The notes below the pieces were generated by a model that ran no database searches, was not told the DNA's origin, and worked only from the letters and a program-made list of their open reading frames with translations. DNA of 32,000 bases from Candidatus Thorarchaeota archaeon (GTDB lineage Archaea > Asgardarchaeota > Thorarchaeia > Thorarchaeales > Thorarchaeaceae), in contig SHMX01000001.1 in the NCBI GenBank assembly GCA_008080745.1, positions 120,001 through 152,000 on the forward strand, given 5' to 3'. The translations under genes and the position numbers were made by a program. Every line of letters starts with the position of its first letter. Within the stretch, counting starts at the first letter, position 1. This document shows, one piece after another, positions 8,537-17,906 of the stretch.

Positions 8537-8880
8537 AGCTATCCATAAATTACCCCCTTTTACGGTTTTCGTCCTAGGCGTTTATTATATCAAAAATCGA
8601 AAATCACCCGCAACCCTTCTGGGCCTGAAATACACAATCGTTTCTTAGGTGTGATGACAATCAGCACAAGAGAGGTGTATCTAATTAAGGAAATTGTTAG
8701 CTTCTCTGCTTGTATTGAGAATTTCTGTGTTCCTGTGAAAACAGAATTACATCCGGTTCAAGAATCCTTCATTATCAGTATCCAAATCATCAATAACCAG
8801 TTGACCAAATCCCAAGGGTTATCAAGGCATAAGTCTCGGACCTATCATTAGTCTAATTTAGTACCGACGTGCTTGTGCCG

Positions 8881-8900
8881 TTAGGTATTTAAGAACCTAA
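8881..8900 (+). promoter_or_regulatory. TATA-like box inside an inverted repeat upstream of dppD (possible operator)
   Basis: TTAGGT-ATTTAAGA-ACCTAA, ~60 nt upstream of the ATG at 8958. Confidence 0.4.
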
Positions 8901-8957
8901 CCGAGCACACAGATTGTTACGGACGTGCTATTGTTCCGACGGAGAGTGCTACAATAT

Positions 8958-9947
8958 ATGAACCTGCTTGATGTAAGAAACTTGCGCATGTATTACCAAA
9001 CCCAGCAGGGATTGGTGAAGGCCGTCGACAATGTTACCCTACAGCTAGACTCCGGAGAATCGATTGGCCTGGCAGGCGAATCAGGTTGTGGAAAGAGCAG
9101 CTTGGCATATTCAATTATGCAGTTGTTACCACCAGCGGCGAATATTGTAGGAGGTAATATTTACTTTAAGGGAGACGACCTTCTAAGAAAAACAGCGAGA
9201 GAGATGCGTGACATCCGATGGAAGAATGTCGCAATTGTCTTTCAGGGTGCTATGAACGCTTTGAATCCTGTGTTCGAGATTGGTGAGCAGATTGCTGAAG
9301 CCATTCTTATGCACGAGAATGTTACGGAGGAGGAAGCTCTCGACCGTTGTGCTAAATTGTTTGAGATGGTTGGGCTAGATCCCGGCCGTATTCACAACTA
9401 TCCACACGAGTTCTCTGGAGGAATGCGACAGAGGGCTATGATTGCTATGGCTTTGGCATGTAATCCAGACCTTGTGATTGCAGACGAGCCTACAACAGCA
9501 CTGGATGTTACAATTCAAGCACAGATTCTCAAACTGATGCAAAAGCTTCAGAAAGACTTAGGTCTCTCACTGATTCTGATTACTCACGACTTGAGTGTAA
9601 TTGCAGAAACATGTGACAAGACCGCTATTATGTATGCAGGAAGAATTGCAGAGTTAGCTGATGTGGTTTCAGTATTCAAGGAACCCATTCATCCCTATGC
9701 TACAGGACTTGTAGGTGCAATTCCGAGCATGATTAAAGCAGAACAGAAGAAGCTGACATCAATTCCTGGATCACCTCCAGACCTTATAGATCCCCCAACA
9801 GGTTGCAGGTTCCATCCAAGATGCCCCTATGCAAAAGAGATCTGTTCCATTGAAGAACCGAGCTTTGACGAAATAGATCCTGGTCGATTTGTTTCCTGTC
9901 ACTTTGCAGAACAGCTAAAAGGAGAACTCACAGTAGACTTAGATTGA
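8958..9947 (+). CDS. dppD: Peptide ABC transporter ATP-binding protein DppD/OppD
   Basis: Walker A GESGCGKS, signature FSGGMRQR, Walker [13 protein letters not shown]-loop ITHDL, C-terminal GCRFHPRCP...C...CH Fe-S motif. ATG at 8958 after GGAGAGTG is preferred. Confidence 0.96.
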   Translation: MNLLDVRNLRMYYQTQQGLVKAVDNVTLQLDSGESIGLAGESGCGKSSLAYSIMQLLPPAANIVGGNIYFKGDDLLRKTAREMRDIRWKNVAIVFQGAMNALNPVFEIGEQIAEAILMHENVTEEEALDRCAKLFEMVGLDPGRIHNYPHEFSGGMRQRAMIAMALACNPDLVIADEPTTALDVTIQAQILKLMQKLQKDLGLSLILITHDLSVIAETCDKTAIMYAGRIAELADVVSVFKEPIHPYATGLVGAIPSMIKAEQKKLTSIPGSPPDLIDPPTGCRFHPRCPYAKEICSIEEPSFDEIDPGRFVSCHFAEQLKGELTVDLD

Positions 9948-9961
9948 GGAGGTCCAAAATC

Positions 9962-11023
9962 ATGACATATGAAGAAAGTATTGAACTAAAAGGAGCCGAT
10001 GAGGCTACTGAAGGAGATACCATTATCAGGGTACAAAACCTACGGAAATGGTTCGAAGTAAACACAGGATTTCTCTCCTCACTCCTGTACAAACAAGAGC
10101 TCTATGTTAAAGCCGTTGATGGCGTCACCTTTGATATCAAAAAGGGTGAAGTTCTAGTACTAGCAGGAGAGTCTGGTTGTGGAAAGACAACCACTGGTAG
10201 ATGTGTTCTATATTTAGAGGAGCCAACTGATGGTACAGTATACTACATGGGTCAAGACTTGGGCACCATGGACCGAAATGAAATGAAAGAGATGCGAAAA
10301 CGAATGCAGATCACATTTCAAGACCCCTATGAATCTCTTAACCCAAAACAGAGTATCTATGGTATTGTATCAGAGCCACTGATGGTTCACAAAATTCCCT
10401 TATCACCAAGTCAGCGAAGACAACGTGTTCTAGAAGCATTGGAGAGTGTAGCTTTAACTCCAGCTGGAGATTATATTGACAGATATCCTCATGAACTGTC
10501 AGGTGGTCAGAGGCAGAGAATTTCAGTTGCTCGTGCATTAATTTTACATCCAGAGTTTATGGTTGCAGATGAGCCTGTATCAATGCTGGACGTATCCATT
10601 CGAGCTGAAATCTTGAATCTACTATTGCAGCTAAAGGATGAATTGGGTCTGACTTATCTGTTCATTACTCACGACCTTGCAGTTGCAACATATATCGCTG
10701 ATAGAATTGGAATTATGTACCTTGGAAAAATTATGGAGTTGGGTCCCGCTCATGAGGTAGCATTTAATCCAATGCATCCATACACTCGAGCGCTCATTTC
10801 AGCTGTCCCATCTGGAGACCCCACAGTCAAACGACGTGTTGAGTCACTGAAGGGAGAACCCCCAAGCCCTATCAATGTTCCATCAGGATGCAGATTCCAT
10901 CCTAGATGTCCATATGCACAGGTGAGATGTGTCGAAGAGATTCCAGAGGATCGTGACATGGGTGACGGTCACTTTGTTGCATGTCACTTTGCGGGCGAAC
11001 TACCCGATGAAGCACAATTCTAA
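9962..11023 (+). CDS. dppF: Peptide ABC transporter ATP-binding protein DppF/OppF
   Basis: [40 protein letters not shown]...VACH. GAGGAGGT SD before the ATG at 9962. Confidence 0.96.
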   Translation: MTYEESIELKGADEATEGDTIIRVQNLRKWFEVNTGFLSSLLYKQELYVKAVDGVTFDIKKGEVLVLAGESGCGKTTTGRCVLYLEEPTDGTVYYMGQDLGTMDRNEMKEMRKRMQITFQDPYESLNPKQSIYGIVSEPLMVHKIPLSPSQRRQRVLEALESVALTPAGDYIDRYPHELSGGQRQRISVARALILHPEFMVADEPVSMLDVSIRAEILNLLLQLKDELGLTYLFITHDLAVATYIADRIGIMYLGKIMELGPAHEVAFNPMHPYTRALISAVPSGDPTVKRRVESLKGEPPSPINVPSGCRFHPRCPYAQVRCVEEIPEDRDMGDGHFVACHFAGELPDEAQF

Positions 11024-11040
11024 AACTACAAATTATCTGA

Positions 11041-11085
11041 TAGAAAGGGGTCCAGCAGGACCCTTCTATCTCTGTTTTTAATTTC
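11041..11085 (+). terminator. Stem-loop plus T-rich tract after dppF
   Basis: TAGAA..GGGTCC-AGCA-GGACCC-TTCTA, followed by TCTCTGTTTTTAATTT. Confidence 0.6.
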
Positions 11086-11099
11086 CCTGAGGCTTGAAA

Positions 11100-11537
11100 A
11101 TGTCCGAGATAACCGACCGTCCCAGAGTGTTGCGCGCTATAAAAAAATGTTTGACTGATGCTTTTGATTTCTATCAAGATGCAATGGATATTCTCGACAG
11201 TATTGGTGAAGGATCGATGGGAGCAGGAATGACACCATTAGTTGGTGGATTTGCTATGAAGGACCCTAAAGATTCTTATCGAGAGGCGTTGATCAAAGTC
11301 GATGCTGCGGAAAATGCACTACTGCCTTTGATTAAACGTTTCAAAGATGGCAGAGTAAATGAATTACATTTCTCTGATGAAAAAGCCCTCGTAATGCTAA
11401 AGGATTTGGAATCATTTGACCACCAACTCCTTATCGATAAACTATCCCAACAGCGAGGACGAGAGTCGGTTTGGTATAGACTAAGAGAGCTTTCGGAAAA
11501 AGTCAAACACATATACAAACTCACAGCAGAAAGTTAG
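11100..11537 (+). CDS. All-helical hypothetical protein (~145 aa)
   Basis: Open frame with amphipathic helices flanking a Gly-rich loop (GEGSMGAGMTPLVGGF). No family recognised. Confidence 0.7.
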   Translation: MSEITDRPRVLRAIKKCLTDAFDFYQDAMDILDSIGEGSMGAGMTPLVGGFAMKDPKDSYREALIKVDAAENALLPLIKRFKDGRVNELHFSDEKALVMLKDLESFDHQLLIDKLSQQRGRESVWYRLRELSEKVKHIYKLTAES

Positions 11538-11606
11538 AGATTCTAGTAAAGATAATAACTTTACAAGAGTTTGGAATAGTATCGTAAAAGCTCTAGAGGT
11601 ACTAAG

Positions 11607-12275
11607 ATGGATAAGTCTGAATATATCAGTGACATCAAACAAGACCTAGAGAGAGCTAAAATAATCATAAAAGAGGTAATAGGTACTCTTGCTTCTATCT
11701 CGGATAAGATGGGGAAAGTAGAACAGAATATTAGAATTAAACAGTCTGCATTAGAAGGGGACTATATCATCCGAGAACCAAGCATAATCATTTGTGTTGA
11801 TTCTGTGGATTCAGAAAATAAGAGAGTGGTTACAGCTCTTCATAAGTTAGTTTCTAGAAACCATTTCAAGCCATCTGAGATAGCAATTGATGATGCAAAG
11901 GAGAATCTAGAAACGTGCAATAAAATAGCTAATATCTTGCGTGCTCATATTCAAAAATATGGCAGCACTATATCGGTGATTTATCTGAAGACTGGTAGGA
12001 TACCACAGAAATTAGATAAAAATAATGTAATCATCATTGGTAAAAGGTACCATCGCTGTGGAGAGGAGATTGCCGCCAGGCTAGAAAAAAACGGTTTTGA
12101 GGTTGTAACAGATCTGGGTGAATTCGGTGGAGGACGACTCATCTATCACATTATCACAGAGCTAGATAAATATGATAGAGGCAAAGCAGTTGAAATTACC
12201 ATATCTCAATCATTATTACATGATGAAGCCCAACTATTCAAATTGTTGAATGCTTTTTCATTGGTGGTGTCATAA
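11607..12275 (+). CDS. N-terminal coiled coil plus degenerate N-formylglutamate-amidohydrolase-like domain
   Basis: VIIIGKRYHRCGEEIAARLEKNGFEVVTDLGEFGGG...KAVEITISQSLLHDE parallels the FGase pattern (D-I-x-L-G ... GF-x-V ... Y-x-GG ... A-x-Q-I-E-I-x-R-x-L-Y-x-D-E). The strand that normally carries D-x-H-S reads VIYLKT. Confidence 0.5.
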   Translation: MDKSEYISDIKQDLERAKIIIKEVIGTLASISDKMGKVEQNIRIKQSALEGDYIIREPSIIICVDSVDSENKRVVTALHKLVSRNHFKPSEIAIDDAKENLETCNKIANILRAHIQKYGSTISVIYLKTGRIPQKLDKNNVIIIGKRYHRCGEEIAARLEKNGFEVVTDLGEFGGGRLIYHIITELDKYDRGKAVEITISQSLLHDEAQLFKLLNAFSLVVS

Positions 12276-12276
12276 T

Positions 12277-15200
12277 ATGTCAGAAAAGGGGGAGCCTTCT
12301 GAATTAGAACTGCCATTTCCTCAAGGAATAGAAGTTGAATTACAGGTTGTCAATAGAGATGGAAGCTGGATTCGCGGCGATGAAGTCCTTGATATCTTTG
12401 ACAAGATAGTTTCAAATGCGAAAATTCTATTGGATAAGAAAATAAAATCAACTACTATCGAATCAGTGCGGAGTAAGTATGGTCATTCCGCACAAACGGA
12501 GGAGGGTGAAAGAGGTTCCAGGATTGTAGCTAGTTATCAAGACCCGCAAGGAGTTACCAGAGAGTATACCCTCCTAGGACATGATCCAAATGTGACTTCA
12601 TTGACATGGATATTGGAGGTTGCAACACCACCATGCACCACTTTGGAAGAGCTCGCATGGTGGGTACAAACATTAATTGCAATTTCTTATGATTCAATTC
12701 CGAGAGAGTCTAGGATTGTCCTAATTTCTACAGGACTAAACCCTACACAAGAGTATCTCAAAAATCTCTCTTTCGGAGAACATCATCACATTCTTGGTCC
12801 AAAAGTCAGTGATGAAGTAAAAATTGCAGTTTACAATATGATACGAAATTTCATTCCACAGCTAATTTCTTTGTCTGTAAATTCACCTTTCGAGAATAAA
12901 GTCGCATCTGATGAAATATTAGTAGATGAGAAAGGGAGAACACGTGCTCCACGATGCAAACGCTCTATTCGCCTGTGGAAGAATACCACTCAAATGGGAC
13001 CGAGTAATGAGTTTGAATATATCCCATATCTAAAGACAGCGGATAAAGATGCATTTGCACGGCATGTCAATAGAAGTCCTCCAAGAATGGTGGACATGTA
13101 TCCATTTACAGACTATGGTACAATAGAGATACGTGTGACAGACACTCAGCTTTCAGTACCAAGAAGAATTGGAATTGCATTGATTTTACAAGCATTATCC
13201 TTGAAGGCAAAAAGAATGTTGGAAAAGGGAGAAACGATTCCCGATGTCGGTGCTCAAACCCTTGCGGCTAATAGAGAGGCTGCAATAGCAGCAGGATTAT
13301 GGGGTCCCTTCAGACCAGGACGAAGTGCTGATAATCCAGAATACATGAAAAAATACAATTATCAGACTCTTGACGATGGTACAGTATCTTCCAAGAAACG
13401 AAACCGGTTTTTGGGAGATGCAGTCATCTCTATGCTCTATATAATACGGGACGAATTAGAGGAACTGAATGCAATTGATAATCCATTCTTCCAAGCACTC
13501 CTGATATCGATCTATGGCAGTGAAACTGTTGAGCCACGTACTACGGGAGCAGATTTTCAACTGGATGTATATGCAAAGTCAGATTTCAATATGGTTGTCC
13601 TACTGAAAAGACTTGCAGAGATTACAAGAGAATGCTGTACAAACTGGCTTTATGATCCTCTTGATGGTACCCCTCAACTCCCAACTTGGTTATGCTGGTG
13701 GAAAGGAATTGAACCAGAAATAGTAATTGACGCGGATAAGGTCTTTTCCGGCCAAATAGCTCACTTCATGATAACCATCAAGAATTCACTGGATAGAGAC
13801 ATCACAAATCTTACAATTAAATACACAATAGAAGACTCTGATAGAAATGTGGTGGAAGAAAATATAGTTCCTATAGCTAAGATTGAATCAGGAGAAATTC
13901 ATCTTTCACGTCTTAGTTTCCAAACAGAAAGGGGAGTATCAGCATACAATGTATTTGCTGCTATAGGAATTGCTGGTAGAGAGATTCCCATTACAGGCAC
14001 TATAAGCACCTATTGGATGAGAGTCACCGCAAGACCAGGTACAACAACTCAATTCGTTGATGGAAAAACGCCTGTACGCTTCTCGGGAGAGATAGATACA
14101 AACTATCCCTTCAGTACACAAGTGGATTGCCGTATAGAAGTGCTTCTTCCATCAAAAGAGAAGGTCATTGCATCTGTGTCCGGACCTCTCGAAATTGAAA
14201 GAGGTGAATTGCGAGTAATCAATCAGGATGATTTCCCCCCTTTGATCATTCCAGAAGATACAGGAGAGGGGGTTCAGAGATGCATTCTTCAGGTTAGTCT
14301 CCATGAAGAAACAGGTAATGAGATTACTTCTGGAACTTCTAGACCATTCTATGCAGGTTTTGTGAAGAAGGGGCCACAAGTACTTCTGCGTACTGATGCA
14401 AAAGAAGCCCATTCACCTGGAGAAATTATTCATGGAGAAGTTGCCATTAAAACGAGGGGGAAGAAAATATCTCCAAATGCCTCAGTTCATGTAGTATTTC
14501 ATACAGATGCTGGAGAGATTTTTGATATTGCAAGTGTACGCATAGCCGATCTTTCTTCAGATTCTGTGGCATTTAGATGGAGAGTTCCAACCATTTCCAA
14601 TGATGCACCTGAAGCACGAACGGGAGCGATAAAAGCTTGGTTAGAACATAATGAGGAAAAACTGAGCTCCACAGAGTCAAATCGATTGAGAATAGCTCAC
14701 CTAGGAGTTCGAGTAAGCATTGACTCTCTAAGAGCTCCAACACAATCTGAAATTGGTAAAAAGATAACAGGTTGGCTAAGAATAAGAAGAAACACAGAAT
14801 TAGGTGAGCCCTCAAACATCGAGATGCTTTTTAGATTTCCAAGTGGTGAGGAACATCTTGTTCTTAAACAATCCGTAAAACAGAGTAGAAATCTTTCATT
14901 TGCATTTGGCCCTTTGGAAGTTCCAGAGCCCAAAGATGAGAAGAATCCAAGTCATGTGACTTTGGTAGCACGTTTACTATACGGAGGTGTAATCCTAGAT
15001 CAAAAAACACAGAACATAGATTTGGGGATTGGTACTCCTGAAGAAATCGCACAAATAAAATTCAGTGGCATACCCAAATTTGTTTTACCGGATGAAACGA
15101 TAGCGGGAACATTGCATATCACAAATATTTCTTCGACCTCATTAGATTGCATTCTCAATGTGTATCTGGAGTCAACAGCTGGAACTGAACACTTAATCTC

Positions 15201-15711
15201 ACGAAACTTGACCATAGTAAAAAATGGAACTAAGTTAATTCCTACAGAATTTAAAATACCATTAATTGCTGAAATGAGTACTGCCCAGCTGAAGGTAGTA
15301 CTTGAGTGTGCTAAACGAACCTTCGAGGGAAGACTAAGGCTTAAGATAAAAGCAATTGAAGAACCAGTATTCAATGCACAGTTCACTATAAGGAACCAAT
15401 CAGGAGAAGAAATTCCGGGTTTGGTTCAAAGAGTAACTCCAATTACTATAAACGTAGAGTTGGAGAGTAAAAAAGGGGGATTTCAAAACCTACAAGGAAT
15501 ACTAAAAATTCTCTCCAGACGGGAAGTTGTAAAAGAATTCAATATTGAAATTCCTGATACCGATACCAGTAATTATCAAGTAGAACTAGAATGGATTACA
15601 CCGGATGTTATGGTTACAGCGTATTATTTAGAATTGATACTGCTAAAACAAGGAAAGACCCTACCTGCAAGAGCAATACATCAACCAAGAAAACAATTCA
15701 CAGTCTATTAA
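12277..15711 (+). CDS. GCS2/YbdK-type carboxylate-amine (gamma-glutamyl) ligase fused to ~6 Ig/arrestin-like beta-sandwich domains
   Basis: GIEVELQVV, LEVATPPC, LISTGLNP, FGEHHHI, IPQLISLSVNSPF and YGTIEIRVTDTQ. The ~660-aa C-terminus from ~nt 13717 shows alternating beta-strand patterns. GGTGGTG SD; the ATG lies 1 nt after the upstream stop. No signal peptide. Confidence 0.85.
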   Translation: MSEKGEPSELELPFPQGIEVELQVVNRDGSWIRGDEVLDIFDKIVSNAKILLDKKIKSTTIESVRSKYGHSAQTEEGERGSRIVASYQDPQGVTREYTLLGHDPNVTSLTWILEVATPPCTTLEELAWWVQTLIAISYDSIPRESRIVLISTGLNPTQEYLKNLSFGEHHHILGPKVSDEVKIAVYNMIRNFIPQLISLSVNSPFENKVASDEILVDEKGRTRAPRCKRSIRLWKNTTQMGPSNEFEYIPYLKTADKDAFARHVNRSPPRMVDMYPFTDYGTIEIRVTDTQLSVPRRIGIALILQALSLKAKRMLEKGETIPDVGAQTLAANREAAIAAGLWGPFRPGRSADNPEYMKKYNYQTLDDGTVSSKKRNRFLGDAVISMLYIIRDELEELNAIDNPFFQALLISIYGSETVEPRTTGADFQLDVYAKSDFNMVVLLKRLAEITRECCTNWLYDPLDGTPQLPTWLCWWKGIEPEIVIDADKVFSGQIAHFMITIKNSLDRDITNLTIKYTIEDSDRNVVEENIVPIAKIESGEIHLSRLSFQTERGVSAYNVFAAIGIAGREIPITGTISTYWMRVTARPGTTTQFVDGKTPVRFSGEIDTNYPFSTQVDCRIEVLLPSKEKVIASVSGPLEIERGELRVINQDDFPPLIIPEDTGEGVQRCILQVSLHEETGNEITSGTSRPFYAGFVKKGPQVLLRTDAKEAHSPGEIIHGEVAIKTRGKKISPNASVHVVFHTDAGEIFDIASVRIADLSSDSVAFRWRVPTISNDAPEARTGAIKAWLEHNEEKLSSTESNRLRIAHLGVRVSIDSLRAPTQSEIGKKITGWLRIRRNTELGEPSNIEMLFRFPSGEEHLVLKQSVKQSRNLSFAFGPLEVPEPKDEKNPSHVTLVARLLYGGVILDQKTQNIDLGIGTPEEIAQIKFSGIPKFVLPDETIAGTLHITNISSTSLDCILNVYLESTAGTEHLISRNLTIVKNGTKLIPTEFKIPLIAEMSTAQLKVVLECAKRTFEGRLRLKIKAIEEPVFNAQFTIRNQSGEEIPGLVQRVTPITINVELESKKGGFQNLQGILKILSRREVVKEFNIEIPDTDTSNYQVELEWITPDVMVTAYYLELILLKQGKTLPARAIHQPRKQFTVY

Positions 15712-15941
15712 CAGACTTTTTCTAAGTTGCGATTACACATTAATTCAGTCAATAGTCGAAATCGACTTCGACAGTTAATGACGAGATTACCAAAGGTATA
15801 AATGGTACAAAAAATGATATTCTTCTAATAAGGGAGAACAGCAATAGCATATAATATATGCTCATATAATAGAGGTTCGGAAAGCGACGTCGAACTAAAG
15901 AATGACTACAATGATATCAAGAATCTCGGACGTGAAGAGAA

Positions 15942-16859
15942 ATGCAACAGCTATTGACCCACCCGGTAGTTTCAGGGCTAATACTAATGGCCATTATTGG
16001 AGCTTTGACGTATCGTCTTCGTTTTGTTGACGTATCAGGATTGATCAGTGCCTTTATTGTTGGATTCACTGTATGGTATACTGGTGGACCTGCGGCATTC
16101 ACACTATTACTCTTCTTCTTTGTAAGTTCCGGCATTGCAACTAAATTCAAGTATAAAGCAAAGGCCAAGCAGGGTTTTGCCCAAGAACAAAAAGGAAAAC
16201 GATCTTGGAAAAATGTATTTGGCAGTGGTTTGATTCCAATGATATTTTCAGTTGCTATGTACCTATCACCGCTCTTTAGCTCTGATCCAAATATGGCATT
16301 CTATATGTTTGGTGGATTTATTGGTGCTGTTGCAACCACATCTGCTGACACATTAGCTAGCGAAGTTGGAATATTCAGTAAAGGAAAACCACGACTGATT
16401 ACAAACCTTCGTCGGAAAGTACCCCGAGGCACCATTGGTGCAGTATCTCTTCTTGGAGAGGGTATCGCTGCTGCTGCTGGACTATTAATTGGTTTGATTG
16501 TAGTTATCTATGGAGTTCTAGCTCCTGAGCTAGTGCCTACGACAGATCCCTCACAACTACTATTAATCATACCACTTTCCGTTCTCACTGCATTTATTGG
16601 CTGCAATATTGATAGTTTATTGGGAGCAGCATTCCAAAACAAATTCGTGTGTGAGATATGTGGTGCGGTAACAGACAAACATTTCCATTGTAGCTACGAA
16701 ACAAAATACATTGGGGGATTCAAACGTTTCACTAACATGCATGTAAACTTTGGCTCATCAGGAGCAGGTGCGGCATTTGGTATAGTATTAGGAGCAGGTC
16801 TATTTGTCTGGATTCTTGGAGGCTTATTCTTCTGGATTCTAGCATCCTCGAGTAATTAA
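15942..16859 (+). CDS. DUF92/TMEM19 (COG1836) membrane protein
   Basis: FFVSSGIATKFK, RSWKNVFGSG, ATTSADTLASEVG, GTIGAVSLLG, DSLLGA and a C-terminal CEICG...HFHC motif. Confidence 0.88.
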   Translation: MQQLLTHPVVSGLILMAIIGALTYRLRFVDVSGLISAFIVGFTVWYTGGPAAFTLLLFFFVSSGIATKFKYKAKAKQGFAQEQKGKRSWKNVFGSGLIPMIFSVAMYLSPLFSSDPNMAFYMFGGFIGAVATTSADTLASEVGIFSKGKPRLITNLRRKVPRGTIGAVSLLGEGIAAAAGLLIGLIVVIYGVLAPELVPTTDPSQLLLIIPLSVLTAFIGCNIDSLLGAAFQNKFVCEICGAVTDKHFHCSYETKYIGGFKRFTNMHVNFGSSGAGAAFGIVLGAGLFVWILGGLFFWILASSSN

Positions 16860-16865
16860 AATCAA

Positions 16866-16903
16866 GTCGGAGATACATATCCGGCCAATCTATTTCTTTT
16901 TTT
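16866..16903 (+). terminator. Stem-loop plus T-tract after the DUF92 gene
   Basis: GTCGGA(16866-16871)/TCCGGC(16880-16885) with a G-U pair, then TTTCTTTTTTT. Confidence 0.55.
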
Positions 16904-16970
16904 GAGTAGATTCAAATAGGGGATAATTTCGCCAAATCAGTGGAAACATTTCATATTTGGAGAGAGAAAT

Positions 16971-17768
16971 ATGTCAGATATTCAAAATTCGGGAGCCTAC
17001 CCGTGGGCACTAACAGGTATTTTCGCTGCAGTTCATCTGATTATCTCCATCATTCCGTACACTATAAGTTTGGGAGCTGAAGGTGTGATATCATTTGGGT
17101 TGATATCGGCTCCGATTATTGGTTTTCTACTAGGCCCCTTTTTTGGCGTCATTGCGATAATTATTGGTACAGTTCTTGGCATTTTCGTAAATCCCGCAAT
17201 CGGAATCCTAGGGCCTTTCACACCCTTAGCACCAGCGTCTGCTGCTTTAGTTGCAGGGACTCTGAAAATTGGGAAACCGGAAATCCCCGTATTGATTTAT
17301 TTAGTAGGAATACTGCTTTTCTTGGTAGGACCGATAGCACTAGAAGCAGGAATTTTCTTATGGTTACATATCATTACCTTTACAATTGCCATCTTTATCA
17401 TGTTACCAAAAATTAGGACGATTGTTCTCAAAGGGCTAAGTCTAGATAAGAAGCTTAAATTTACCTACCTAGTACCTTCTTTCTTTATAATGGCATTTCT
17501 ATCCGTTATGACAGACCAATTGGTTGGCTCTGTGATAGGTGCATATTTCTTCATTTATATCCAATTAGTTCCAGCAGAAGTAATCGGTCCAATTTATGTA
17601 TCTATAGCATTCATCTATCCAATTGAACGTATTATTGCGACCATTCTTATTGCACCAATATGCATCCTGATATCAAGAGCTATTATCGCTGGCAATCTTA
17701 CACTTCCTACAACACCATTTGTTGAGGAACTTGCCGAATTGGATCAAGCTGAAGTGGATAAAGAGTAA
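16971..17768 (+). CDS. Multi-pass membrane protein, ECF transporter S-component-like
   Basis: About 7-8 TM segments; the GFLLGPFFG..A..IG pattern is typical of S-components. Substrate unknown. Confidence 0.55.
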   Translation: MSDIQNSGAYPWALTGIFAAVHLIISIIPYTISLGAEGVISFGLISAPIIGFLLGPFFGVIAIIIGTVLGIFVNPAIGILGPFTPLAPASAALVAGTLKIGKPEIPVLIYLVGILLFLVGPIALEAGIFLWLHIITFTIAIFIMLPKIRTIVLKGLSLDKKLKFTYLVPSFFIMAFLSVMTDQLVGSVIGAYFFIYIQLVPAEVIGPIYVSIAFIYPIERIIATILIAPICILISRAIIAGNLTLPTTPFVEELAELDQAEVDKE

Positions 17769-17906
17769 CGAGCCACATTCAGAAAGATATTGATGCCATC
17801 GATTGATTTGGTACCAAGCTTCATATGCTTTCGGGTAAATAATCCTCATAGAACGGGCTAGTACCGTTCTTGTTTACACGTCGGTGTGGACAGGAGCAGA
17901 ATAGAT

